Below are positions 12,680-25,078 of a stretch of DNA of 64,000 nucleotides, piece after piece. The notes under the pieces were generated by a model, which saw only the letters and a list, made by a program, of their open reading frames with translations, did not search any database and had not been told where the DNA came from. This DNA is from Octopus sinensis. Taxonomy: Eukaryota. Position 1 is the stretch's first letter. Every line of letters starts with the position of its first letter. Both the position numbers and the translations under genes were made by a program. Where the stretch lies: contig NC_043000.1 of NCBI RefSeq assembly GCF_006345805.1, positions 33,976,001-34,040,000 of the forward strand. The letters run 5' to 3'.

Positions 12680-13140
12680 ATACAGCAGTCATTCTGCAGA
12701 ACGGTTCAGTGAACAGAGAGTAAACGTCCGCAGTTGTGTTAAAATCAAACATGGCTCCTTCGTGTCTTTCGCTCAGTCGGTCATCAAGTTCGTTTCACAC
12801 GGATCTCAGTAGTTATTAACAAAATTTATTCTAATTCATATAAAATTATGTCGTTCTTCTTGTTATTGTAATTGATATTAAAGTAGCAAATTGGTTGATG
12901 GGAGTGAGCTGGTGTCACCATTTGTGCCAACTGGACCGGCGGCGCCACAAGTCTGAGACGGTGAGAAGACAACATCTTTCTGAATATTAATTATTAAATT
13001 ATTTATGCCCACCGAAGACTGCATTATTGTTCTTGAATTTGTTTCCATAAAAGTAGTCGCTAGTAAACGTCTCTAATCCCATCCCATATCATCTGAAATC
13101 GTCTGCTACGATTATACAAATATATATATATTTATATATT

Positions 13141-13394
13141 CTTTTATTCTTTTACTTAAGTCATTTGACTGCGGCCATGCTGGAGCACCGCCTTTAGTCG
13201 AGCAAATCGACCCCAGGACTTATTCTTTGTAAGCGTTGTACTTATTCTATCGGTCTGTTTTGCCGAACCGTTAAGTTACGGGGACGTAAATACACAAGCA
13301 TCGGTTGTCAAGCGATGATGGGGAGACAGACACACAAGCACACACATACACACACGCATATATATATACATATACATATACATAAATACATACC

Positions 13395-13467
<73 letters not shown>

Positions 13468-13621
13468 CACGACGGACTTCTTTCAGTTTCCATCTACCAA
13501 ATCCACTCACAAGGCTTTGGTCAGCCCGGGGCTATAGTAGAAGGCATTCGCCCAAGGTGTCACGCAGTAGGACTGAACCTGAAACCATATGGTTGGTTAA
13601 CAAGCTACTTACCACACAGCC
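13141..13621 (-). mobile_element. Full-length SINE family B with expanded internal (AC)/(AT) microsatellite
   Basis: Both halves are present around a roughly 130-bp internal array. Confidence 0.85.
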
Positions 13622-13782
13622 AATATGTGTGTGTGTCTCATTTCAGTGATACAAAATAGTTTATCCTATGTTTTGCTTTCAGCAATAAAGAAATACTGCC
13701 ACCCCACCGCCCCAATTCTGTAAGATGGAAACAACAGAGAAAGAAAATGGCTTCTTACAATAATGATGCCAAAACTTATAAT

Positions 13783-13877
13783 ACATTATATGATGGTTTC
13801 ACATTATATAATGGTTTCACATTATATGATGGTTTCACATTGTATGTTGATTTCACATTATATGTTGGTTTCACATT
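13783..13877 (+). repeat. 18-bp minisatellite, about 5.3 units
   Basis: Unit ACATTATATGATGGTTTC at 13783, 13801, 13819, 13837 and 13855. Confidence 0.9.
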
Positions 13878-14073
13878 TTGGCCAGAAATTTCGGGAGAGG
13901 GGGCAAAGTCGATTACATCGACCCCAGAGTTCAACTGGTTCTTATTTTGTCGACCTCGCAAGGCAAAGTCGACCTCGACGGAATTGGAACTTAGAACATA
14001 AAGACGGACGAAACGCCGCTAAACATCTAAACATTCTGTCCGGCGTGATAACGATTCTGTCAACTTACTGCCT
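13876..14073 (-). mobile_element. SINE family A
   Basis: Matches the family A consensus. Confidence 0.8.
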
Positions 14074-14689
14074 TAGTAATATATTGTAATATATTATATA
14101 TTGTATTGTATTATATGTTGTATTGTATTACCCGCCGGTTAATTTAATCCCTACTTGGAATCAGAAAATATATTTATTGAGACATTCGTCAGTGTTTCTG
14201 ACTAAAAACAGCGACTTGGAAGATCGGAGCTGACCAAGTGGAGCAATATATATACTGCGCAGTCGGTGGTTTTTGTGCTTTACTTTCTAGTCAGGAGAAA
14301 AGGCTTTGCCTGTGACCCATCGTCGGGCCTCCAAGACTATGGAGGGTCGGATGACGGGTGTAAACTCTCCTCAAAGCGGAAATCTGACCCGGATGCTTGC
14401 AACAGAGCGGACTCTGCTAAAAGCAGCCAAAGTGGTGCTATTAAACTGATTAATGGATTAATCTACCACATTAAGTTGGCCATGATTTGAACGCAGAACG
14501 CAAAGAGCCGAAACAAACACCGCAAAGTATCCGTTCCATCAACTCACTACCCTCGATTTTTACTTTTTTAGTCTTATCGATCCCAAAAGAATGAAATACA
14601 AACTTGACCTCTGTCGGATTTGAACTCAGATCGCAAAGCAATTTGTCCGGCACTCTAACAGTTCTACCACCTCATCCTTATATCAAGTA

Positions 14690-14890
14690 CATAGATACAT
14701 ATATACATTCATACATACATACACTCACATGCACACATACATACATACATACACACACATACATACATACATACATACATACATACATACATACACTCAC
14801 ATGCATACATACATACATACACACACATACATACATACATACATACATACATACATACATACATACATACATACATACATACATACATAA
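14690..14890. repeat. (TACA)n array
   Basis: Seen directly in the sequence. Confidence 0.9.
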
Positions 14891-15994
14891 TTCGTACATA
14901 TATGCATGCATAACTATGGGTGGTTGCTTCGAAACCTACAACTTCTATATCCAGATTATAAATACACATTTATACCAATAATAATTGGTGCACCTGGTTT
15001 TGTGAATGAATAACAACCTGGATTATTTAGGGTTTTCGGAAAAAGAAATAATCCATCTCGCAATATTAGAAACACAATCTGTGAATGGATCAGTAAAAAT
15101 ATGGAAAACTTTTCTCAAGCTCAAAATGTGACAATGTTTTTTGTTATCTCCATTCCAACGATGGAGCTTCCGATCTTTATTAGACGCCAGCTCCTTCCTC
15201 TGAGGAAGAACTTAAATGATTAAAAACAGGGGAACACACACACACGCACACGTATAAATATATAAATATAGAGAAGAAAGGGTAATATGGAAATGTGTGT
15301 GGGGAGAGAAAGGATGTGGAATTGCACATGGGCGTATAGTTGTCCGTTTGTTGAAATTAGGAAGAGCTTCATTAATAAACTGATCCATAACTAATAAATC
15401 CTTCATTTAACTGGATTAGGAATCAGATTCATCAATTGTGAACAGATCTAGTAATCTGGTGACTTATTAACTAATTATGAACAGCTCCGTTCATAAATCC
15501 ATCCATAATTAATCGAGTCATCAATTATCTTATGGATGAATCCATAAACTGACTTAGCAAAAGCTGTTATTGTTATATTTCACTCACTCATCAGTCATGG
15601 GACATTAATCACATTAATCAAACCTGGCGTCGAACGAAATTATAAAATTAAGCTAACAGGAAAAACAAAGATCATATACTTAACGGACCAGCCAGTGTCA
15701 ACATGGTGGCTCAGATTGTTAGAAATAGCAAGCGAAACTCCCCCACATCATTCTGTTATCTTAGAAACAAGGAGTGACAGATTGGATAACGTGATCCTAC
15801 ATACAGACGAGTTTGTCATTGTTGGATCGTATTAGTTGATAGATTTTTTTGACCAAGAGTGAATTGGGGTCTATGAACATTTACTGGTCAAACGGAAAAA
15901 CAATTAGACTTTCAATTGGGGCCAGGTTTTATTCATATTTAGGTTACTATCGTCACCATCATCATCATCATTATCATCATCATCATTATATTCG

Positions 15995-16191
15995 AACAGG
16001 CAGAAGCGTTAGCACGTTAGGCAAAACGCTTAGAAGCATTTCGTCTGTCGAGTTCATATTCCACCGAAGTTGATTTTGCCTTTCATCATTTCGGAGTCGG
16101 TAAAATAAATACCTGTTGAGCATTGAGGTAGTTGTAATCGACAAGTTTCCCTTCCACCAAAATTTCATCCCTTCTGCCTTTAGTAGAAAGG

Positions 16192-16256
<65 letters not shown>

Positions 16257-16270
16257 CATTATTATTATTT
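15995..16270 (+). mobile_element. SINE family A with (ATT)n tail
   Basis: Diverged consensus match ending GTAGAAAGGATTATTATT. Confidence 0.75.
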
Positions 16271-16280
16271 ATTATCATGA

Positions 16281-16525
16281 TCATATGTGCGAGACATGGT
16301 GACCTCATATCGCAATGAAAAGCACATGATCTTGCATGTAGGGCCTTGTTAGAATTTACTTCAGGTCGAGTAGCGCACCCCTCTCAAACGGTTCCTGATC
16401 AAGGGTTGGTTAAGGTTGATGAAGGAAACACTCATGTTTCCATGGGTGAATTATGTAAACCCCAAACAATCCCTCTCAACACATGGCTATGATACCCCCA
16501 CCCACTATTCCTGGCCATGATCGGA
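16281..16525 (-). mobile_element. Repeat family E fragment
   Basis: Reverse-complement homology to about 4600-4845. Confidence 0.6.
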
Positions 16526-16529
16526 GTGT

Positions 16530-16760
16530 GTGGGCGTGTGTGTGTGTCTTTGTGTCTATGTTTGTCCCCCACCACCGCTTGAGAACCGGTGTGGGTGTGT
16601 TTACGTCTCTATAACCTAACGGTTTGGCAATAGAAGACCAATAGAATAAGTACCAGGCTTTAATAAAAAGTAAGTTCTGGAGTTGATTCATTCGATTAAA
16701 ACCTCTTCATGACGGTGCTCCAGCATGGCCGCAGTCTAATGGCTGAAACAAATAAAAAAT
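16530..16760 (+). mobile_element. SINE family B, 3' half
   Basis: Ends ...GGTGCTCCAGCATGGCCGCAGTCTAATGGCTGAAACAAATAAAA. Confidence 0.75.
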
Positions 16761-16956
16761 AAAATGCACCCCAGTACTTTATTTTATAGACCCCCAGAAG
16801 AATGAAAGGTAAAACTAACCTTGACGTTATTTGCACTCAAAATGTCAAGGATCAAGGAATTTTATCCAACGCTTTAATGATTCCGCCATTCGATCTTGGC
16901 TGATAGGGACGGGATGTGGGTATATAAAGCCCTCTTCACTCCTAAGACCAGAATCT

Positions 16957-17036
<80 letters not shown>

Positions 17037-18229
17037 CTGTGTTAGAGGCTTTGCTAGGACAACTAAAACAATTCTTTCAAGAATCAATTTCGAAGAGGTT
17101 TTATCGGAGTTTATATTTTTGCCTCAAGTTACCTCTATCTTTGTAGTTTGCTGCTTATATAATTCCTGCTGCCTATACATTTATATCACTTATTACTTAT
17201 ATATATATATATACCATACTCCATGTTGTCTTTTTTATTGCCTATATATTTATAGTTTATTGCCTATATATTTATACTTCAGGCGGCCTACATATTTACA
17301 GTTCTTGCTGGCTATATATTTGTATTTCATACCTGTACATTTAAACTTCACATGACTGGTATTTGGACAATTTAATAAATCTTCCATTGACGTAACACCT
17401 CTGACGGGGCTCGGAGCATTGAACTGCTGATCGACTTTCTATCGACAAAATCTGCTATGATTCCTTTTCAATCACGTACTAAAGTCTTGTTAACAAAGCA
17501 TTAGACTGTTTTACGGTTTCGGCTGATAAGCGTTGCCGCACAGATTTATGTGAATGTCGAATGAAACTCGTCTGTTTGATTGACATAAAAAATAACTCCG
17601 ACTGTGATGTTTTGTCAGTATTGCAATTTAGACGAAAGAGTTAGCAATAAAGCAATGAAATCGCGATGACAAAATAGGATAAACTGGAGAAATAGATGGA
17701 AATAAGTACAAAACTAGGAGAAGTGTTCGGTAGAATCTGAAATCGTTCTACTTTTTATGAGCCTCTAATTTCCAGTGAGTGATTCTCTATAAAATTGTCG
17801 TCTTCTCAGTTTACAATCACGTCAAATACAATTTATATCACTACTGTCCTTAAGCTCTTTACAATAAAGCTTTCCCTCGATCGCTGCTAATTGTCTGAAG
17901 ATTTACTTTTTAATTGCAAAGTTTACTAGTTTTTTTTTTTGTTTGTTTCTTTGCTTTTATGTGAGTTATTGGTCAACTATTTTCGCTGCTGTCCATTCAG
18001 GTCAGAGAACAGACAATGGCCGAGCGCTGTTTGTGGTATCCAAAGTTGTTTACACTAGATCGCGTCAATCCGGAAACACAAACATCGGATTAACAAAAAG
18101 CGGGGGGGGGGGGGCGGAGTGGATATGTAAAAATATCGAAAAACTTTTCGAAAGTAACATGATCCCAGATAAAGAGAAGTGTTAGGGAAACACAGGGGTG
18201 CAGTAAATTCAGGGTCAAGGAGGCAGAGT

Positions 18230-18445
18230 TTATTCTTTTCTACTCTAGTTACAAGGCCCGAAATTTTGGGGGGAGGGGGCAGTCTATTAGATCGATCCCA
18301 CTACGCAACTGGTACTTAATTTATCGACCTCGAAAGGATGAAAGGCAAAGTCGACCTCGGCGGAATTTGAACTCATAACGTAAAGACAGACGAAATACCG
18401 CTAAGCATTTCGCCCGGCGAGCTAACGATTCTGCCAGCTCGCCTT
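18230..18445 (-). mobile_element. SINE family A, near-consensus copy
   Basis: High identity to 20011-20206, 42626-42833 and 53232-53443. Confidence 0.9.
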
Positions 18446-18469
<24 letters not shown>

Positions 18470-18476
<7 letters not shown>

Positions 18477-18675
18477 TTGTGTGTCTGTTTGTCCACCCAC
18501 CATCGCTTGACAACCGATGCTGGTGTGTTTACGTCCCCGTAACTTAGCGGTTCGGCAAAAGAGACAGATAGAGTAAGCACTAGGCTTACAAAGAATAAAT
18601 CCTGGGGTCGATTTGTTCGACTAAAGGTGGTGCTCCACCATGGCCGCAGTCAAATGACAGAAACAAATAAAAAAG
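18470..18675 (+). mobile_element. SINE family B, 3' half
   Basis: Near-consensus 3' half. Confidence 0.8.
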
Positions 18676-19538
18676 AAAAAACGAAATATTTCATAACATA
18701 TCCTGCATTGTTGTTTTCTTTCTCCCCCACCCCCGTTTGTATGTGTGTGTCTGTGTGTCCGCTTGTATCTGTGTGTGGGATATGTTGATAGGACAACGTC
18801 ATTCAATCGTAATTAGTGCATGTATAATGTTAACTTCCCATCACTTAATACAACAGCGAGATACATCCTGCTTATCTTTTCGTCTGGGATTCAAACTTCG
18901 CATAATAAAATCCAGATTCAAAAATAATTTTAGGAGATAAGCCACCACAACAAACCACGTGGGATGGTGATGTTTGTTTGTGTCCTACAATAAATCATGA
19001 CCAATTTATTTGTCTCGGAGATTTGCAAGCCGTGCAGCTTCGTGAATTAATTATTCAAATTTGACAACTGGAATTCCATTTTTTCCCCTTTCTTTTTATG
19101 GAATGATGTTGATCGTGGAGGAATTTAACGTTTTATTGGAACCGAATTTCCAAAGTGTCATTCTTTGAATATTTGAACAATGTAAACAAAGAGCAGCTAT
19201 TAAATAGAAAGGTTAAATATAATTTAGCAGTGGGAGATAATGAATAAGAATAATTAATGAATAAGACAACAATTGAATAATTAATTTTCTGTTGTTAATA
19301 TCAAGAACTCTTTTAATTGTTGCGTCAATTGAAAGTGGTGTCATCCTTAATCGTTCGGAGCTTTTTTTTATATTTTGTGCAAATTTCTATTCCGTTTATT
19401 GTCATGATAATTCAATGTTAGATTCCAACACAAATTTTGAGGTCAAAAACGACAGAACAGTAAATAATAAATATTTAATATATATTTTAAAAAATCTAAC
19501 AGTATTGAATAATATAAAGATGGTGTAGCGTTGAATAT

Positions 19539-20206
19539 ATTCTTTTCTACTATAGGCACAAGGCCCGGTATTTTCGGGGAGAAGTACTAGTGGACCCTAC
19601 AGTTCCACTGGTACTTCTTTCATCGACCCTGAAAGGATGAAATGCAAAATCGACCTCGGCGACATTTGAACTCAGAATGTAAAGTCGGAAGAAATGCCAC
19701 TAAGCATTTTTTGTAGTGCAGTAACGATTCTGCCAACTTGTCGCCTTGCACTGCTCATCATATCAACAATATGACAAGGCGGTGAGCTGGCAGAAACGTT
19801 AGCACGCCGGGCGAAATGCTTAGCAGTATTTCGTCTGCCGCTACGTTCTGAGTTCAAATTCCGCCGAGGCCGACTTTGCCTTTCATCTTCTCGGGGTCGA
19901 GTAAATAAGTACCTGTTACGCACTGGAGTCGATATAATCGACTTATTTCGTTTGTCTGTCCTTGTTTGTCCCCTCTGTGTGTAGCCCCTTGTGGGTAGTA
20001 AAGAAATAAGAAACGTTAGCACACCGGGCGAAATGCTTAGCGGTATTTCGTTTGTCTTTACGTTCTGAGTTCAAATTCCGCCGAGGTCGACTTTACCGTT
20101 TCATCCTTTCGGGATCGATAAATTAAATACCAGTTGCGCACTGAGGTCGATCTAATCGACTGACCCCATCCCCCAAAATTTCGGGCCTTGTGCCTAGAGT
20201 AGAAAA
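19539..20206. mobile_element. Cluster of three family A SINEs: 19539-19747 (-), 19777-20010 (+, alternative tail), 20011-20206 (+)
   Basis: Consensus matches; the first two are head-to-head about 30 bp apart. Confidence 0.85.
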
Positions 20207-22190
20207 AATGCTAAACATACGACAAAATATTGTTTCACTGAATAATTTTTGTATAAAAGAGGAAAGTAACGAGCGAATGAAGGAGTCCATGCCTGGTTAG
20301 TCGGTTTACTTGAAATAACAGCTAAGTCTCACTCAAATTACATAATTCTGTACTAAAACTAAGAAGGACACACTATCACTGTAATAGCTAAATGGTTTTT
20401 GATTACAGGTCTGAAATCAGGCGGATCTAGAGCTAAATATCAAGAGGAAAGTGATAAAAGCCACATATTTGTCGAAAGAGTTAATGGAGACTCCCTATCC
20501 CCGATCCTCGCCATTCTATGGTGGTTGGTCTCAGACATTAGAAACGAATTCATCTTGGCATCATTTTAAAACTGTCAGGGGTATTATTCGTTAAGTTCCT
20601 TAGTTTTCTGTGGCAGGCAGCCATTATATTATTGTTGGCATTTAAATGCCAGACTGTTACAGAGTAGATTCCTAATGAGAAAAAACAGCCACAAAAAAAA
20701 AATAAGGAAGTTAGGAATTCTGATAATATCTCCCTTTCTTCAAGTTGGTTATTCCCTGAATGCCAAAATATGTAACAACGTTGCAGAGAATACAAAACTT
20801 TTTGATTTGGGTTATTTACTTTGAGAATAATTTTGTCAAGTTGGTGTTGGCTGATAAGAACTGGTCTGCTGAGGCTGCGACTAATAGTTTATACTATTTA
20901 AACTAACGATTTCCAGAGAGTTAACATAACTTTTGAGTTTCACGAAGAGAATATTCTCAGTCTCCAGGCACTAAGTTCTCTGGATAATCAACAGTCTGGG
21001 GATGTATTTGGAACTAGACAGAGCTACAGGCATTTTTAGTTTCAGGTCAACAATTCATTAAATGTTTTTGAACTTTTTTTTTTTGTAAATGGACTGCATG
21101 GAATTTGGATGCCCTGAAAGAAATATTTCGTTATTTCTCCTTGGGATTATTCCTGCCATAACTGTCTTTAGTTGTTTACAAAGGGATAGCAGACTTAATG
21201 CAAACTGTGGACGTGAAGTCAAATCATTTTAAGACACTGATGGAGAGAACGGTTCAATCCAACCTAGAAACCTTTAAGTTTACTCTAAAGATTCCCATTA
21301 AAACAAAGAGCATATAAAATCGTTAAAATATGGAGCAGGTGAAAATAGAATTAAATCCTTGGACTTTCTCCCTAGAAATATCCACTTCTATTTTTCTAGC
21401 ATAAACAATTGAAGCTATCCAACACCAAAGTCATCATCATCATCATCATCATCATCGTCATCATCATCATCATCATCATTGTCTTCGTCATCGTTGTCAT
21501 TGCCATCGATGTCGCCGTTAAGACGCCAGTCGTGAGAATAGCTTCCACACAACAGTTATTCACTATTGCGGTGGTTTAGATTGTACACTAAGTCAGCTTT
21601 CCCCTTCTCTCTCTTTTCTCCTTCACTTGCCTTTTCTGATATTCTCCTATAAATATCACAAGCAACTAATTAAAACCTGCTGGTCACACATATTTAATGA
21701 ATTTTATTATATGTTTACCTGCATCGAACACTTCTCTTCCATTCTGCCCTGTCTCTCCCTTTTTTTTCTATTGTCATTTAGCCCCAGGCCACACCTAACT
21801 GTGACGACCAACCCGTCTTTTGTTCAGGTGTCGACGGCAACAATATTATTTTTGGTGGACATTTTTTAGGTAAAAGACAGACTAGACGGAGATTTAGCTG
21901 CTATTTTTAGCGGGCTGACTTACCTTCGTTGACTTATTGCCGTCGTAATCGTAGTGATTGCTACTGTTTAGCCCCAGGTTAAATTGCGAAAACCTTAATT
22001 GCGAAGACCTACGATTAAAAGTCTTCGAAGATAACCAACATTTTAGAAATTGTATATCAATGGCCATTTCTATTGATTATATCCTTCCTTTTTTTAAACA
22101 GTTGAGAGGTAAATCTGAAGGACCTTTGACTGCTATGTCTAGCAATTATAACAAGTTTCATCGTTAGCTCGGTATATTTGTGGTTTTAAA

Positions 22191-22286
<96 letters not shown>

Positions 22287-22639
22287 ATACACACACACAC
22301 AACCCTCAATGTTTGTTTTTCAGATGTGATACAAACAATTTTACATCAATCTGATGGATTGCTTTTTACTTTCGTAGAGAACAAATTTATTATTCTTATA
22401 CAAGAATATTGCTGACAGTGACTTCGAAGTTTATGATCGAAACTCCTAAGTCCTTGTGTATATGTACATGTGTGCGTGTGCGCGCGTGTTTCAATGTATT
22501 TCAAATGAAGTGAACGCATCAATGTAAATATAAAGGGTTGTATGTGTGTGTGTCAGTGTATGAGTAAAAAGAATCAACAGTTTCCATAAGTCTGCAGGAA
22601 TGTCAGCGCCTGAAGATTGGAAGATTAGGGGCAATTATC

Positions 22640-23140
22640 GAAAGATTTGTTCACCCAAGCCATTTAGTGTGTATGTGTGCGCGTGTGTGTGTGTGTGTGT
22701 GTGTGAGTGTGTGTGTGCATTTGTGAGTGTGTGTGTATGTGCGTTTGTGTGTATGTGTGTATGTGTGAGCATTTGTGCGTGTGTGTGAGTGTGTGTGTGC
22801 ATGTGTGTGAGTGTGGCTCTGTGTGTGTACATTTGTGTATGTGTGTGTTTTGTGTGTGTTTTGCGTGCGTGTTTTTGTGTGTGCGACTGTGTGTGTGTGT
22901 GCGTGCATTTGTGTGTGTGTGTGTGCATTTGTGTGTGTGTGTGCATTTGTGTGTGTGTCTGCATTTGTGCGTGTGTGTGTGCATTTGTGCGTGTGTGTGC
23001 ATGTGTGTGAGTGTGGCTTTGTGTGTGTGTGAGTGTGTGTTTTGTGTGCGTGCTTTTGTGTGTGCGACTGTGTGTGCGTACATTTGTGTGTGTGTGTGTG
23101 TGCGTGCATTTGTGTGTGTGTTCATTTGTGTGTGTGTATG
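22640..23140. repeat. Cryptically simple (GT)-based minisatellite
   Basis: Recurrent GTGCATTTGTGTGTGT units and two duplicated sub-blocks. Confidence 0.85.
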
Positions 23141-23480
23141 TATGTGTGTTTGTTTTCTCGATCTCTTTTCCAGTTCTTGTTTATGAGTACGGGTGTGTAT
23201 ATGTGGGTTTATGAGTGTGTTGAAGTGTGTGCGTTTATGAGTGTGCGTGTAAGTCTGTGTGTGTATGTCTTTTTGTTTGGAGTGTGTTCCTACCGCATTG
23301 TCTTACCTCCTCTCGCCTCGTGGGGTACGCCTTATACCTTCCAGTATACACCATCCAGACGATGAAATGCAATCTTTTAATCTGGAAATGCTAAGTTGCG
23401 ATGACGTAAACATAAATGCAGATTACCAAGTGGGAGAGGGCAAACGCAAAGGCGCGCACATTCATACACACGAACACACA

Positions 23481-23533
<53 letters not shown>

Positions 23534-23686
23534 ACACATACACACACATACACACACATACACACACGTACGTACGCTCGTACATGCATATATTCGCACG
23601 AAGATATACAAGGCAGTTTCCAGGTACCAAATTGACAGTAGACGAATGCATTAACGCTACATGTGTGTATACATTTACGCACACAA

Positions 23687-23745
<59 letters not shown>

Positions 23746-24225
23746 CACTAGATGTGTATATAAATACACACACATATACACATCTGTATATTCATATATA
23801 TACACATCTATTCAAATATACATACAAACAAGCATTTCTACTCACACACACGCACATAAAACGTACATAATTTCTACATGCATACATGCACACACGCACA
23901 CATTCACACACATAACAGGATGGGCTTCCACACATTTTCCGTTTAGCAAATTCCCTTTGTCAGTCAGTGCGTGTGGTTTTCTCTATTTCATTTCTAAATT
24001 CGTTGATGTTTCGGGCGTTAACCGAATCTCTAATTAGTGTTAAACAAAAAATAATAGTTACACCCACACAACTCATTATCCCTCACATTTCAACCCAATT
24101 CCTCGATTCCTAATCACTGGCCATCAATTTCGGTATGTTTCAATCAATTGCAAATAATAAAAATAACAACCAATCGCAACACACATCGGGAATTTCAGAG
24201 TTCAACGACCTAGCAGCAGCAGCAG

Positions 24226-24613
24226 TGGAGGTGCAATGGCCCAGTGGTTAGGGCAGCGGACTCGCGGTTTCGATTCCCAGACCAGGCGTTGTGTGTGTTT
24301 ATTGAGTGAAAACACCTAAAGCTCCACGAGGCTCCGGCAGGGGTGGGACACCCCTGTTGTACTCTTTCGCCCCAACTTCCTATCACTCTTGCTTCCTGTT
24401 TCTTGTCCCCGACTTTCTACGCAACCGCTGAGCCTGGATGCGCATTCATCCATCCGTCGATGCTCTCGGTGTTGGGTTTGACCTGCTTTCTCTTCTGCTG
24501 GTCTTACGAATAGCAAAGGACCACGTTTCGGGATTCTCCCACTACAGAGGCGTGAACTTGCGAGCTCTGGGACGAAGACCGCTTCGCTCGACAAACAAAC
24601 AAACAAACAAGCA
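24226..24613 (+). mobile_element. SINE family C variant (family C 5' half plus a different 3' half), (CAAA)n tail
   Basis: Head TGGAGGTGCAATGGCCCAGTGGTTAGGGCAGCGG. Possible TSD AGCAGCAG at 24218-24225 and 24614-24621. Confidence 0.8.
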
Positions 24614-24654
24614 AGCAGCAGGTGCTCGTCAAATGACGTCTCGATTGATATCTT

Positions 24655-25078
24655 TTACCTTTTATGTTTTCAGTTATTACACTGCGGCCATACTGGGGCA
24701 CTGCCTTGAAGACTTTTTTCTTTTTGTTTGTCCTATGAATTGAATCCCAGTACTCATTCATTTTTTTTTTTGTTTTATAAGCCTGGTGTTTGTTCTATCG
24801 ATCTGTTTTGCCGATGTGCTTTGCGGCTGTTAGGTTACGGGGAGATAAACACACCAGCATCGATTGTCAAGCGGTGGTCGTGTGGGGGAGAACAAACACA
24901 CACACACACACACACACACATACGACAGGCTTCTTTCACTTTCCGTCTGCCAAACCCATTCACAAGGCTTTAATCGGCCAAAGGCTATAACAGAAGACAC
25001 CTGCCCAAGGTGCCACGCAGTGAGACTGAACCCAGAACCATGTGGTTGGAAAGTAAGCTTTTAACGACACAGCCAAGC
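24655..25078 (-). mobile_element. Full-length SINE family B
   Basis: Both halves present, short internal (AC)n. Confidence 0.8.

Noticed and set aside
12705-12760. EQRVNVRSCVKIK resembling a mariner transposase N-terminus
   Set aside because: Too short, with no TIR or downstream transposase frames.
13747-14001. ORF with repeated TLYDGF, and a CRISPR-like look
   Set aside because: It is a tandem 18-mer with no spacers, and the rest of the ORF is an antisense SINE.
15570-15600. Minus-strand CTGATGA GTGAGT GAAATATA
   Set aside because: There is no real stem II and stem I cannot pair.
20520-21400. Complex non-repetitive stretch resembling decayed coding DNA
   Set aside because: All frames are broken and no motif is recognisable; cannot assign without a search.
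24226-24290. tRNA genes at SINE heads (also 2210, 8847, 49915, 63649)
   Set aside because: No acceptor-stem closure, and each continues into a multicopy SINE body.
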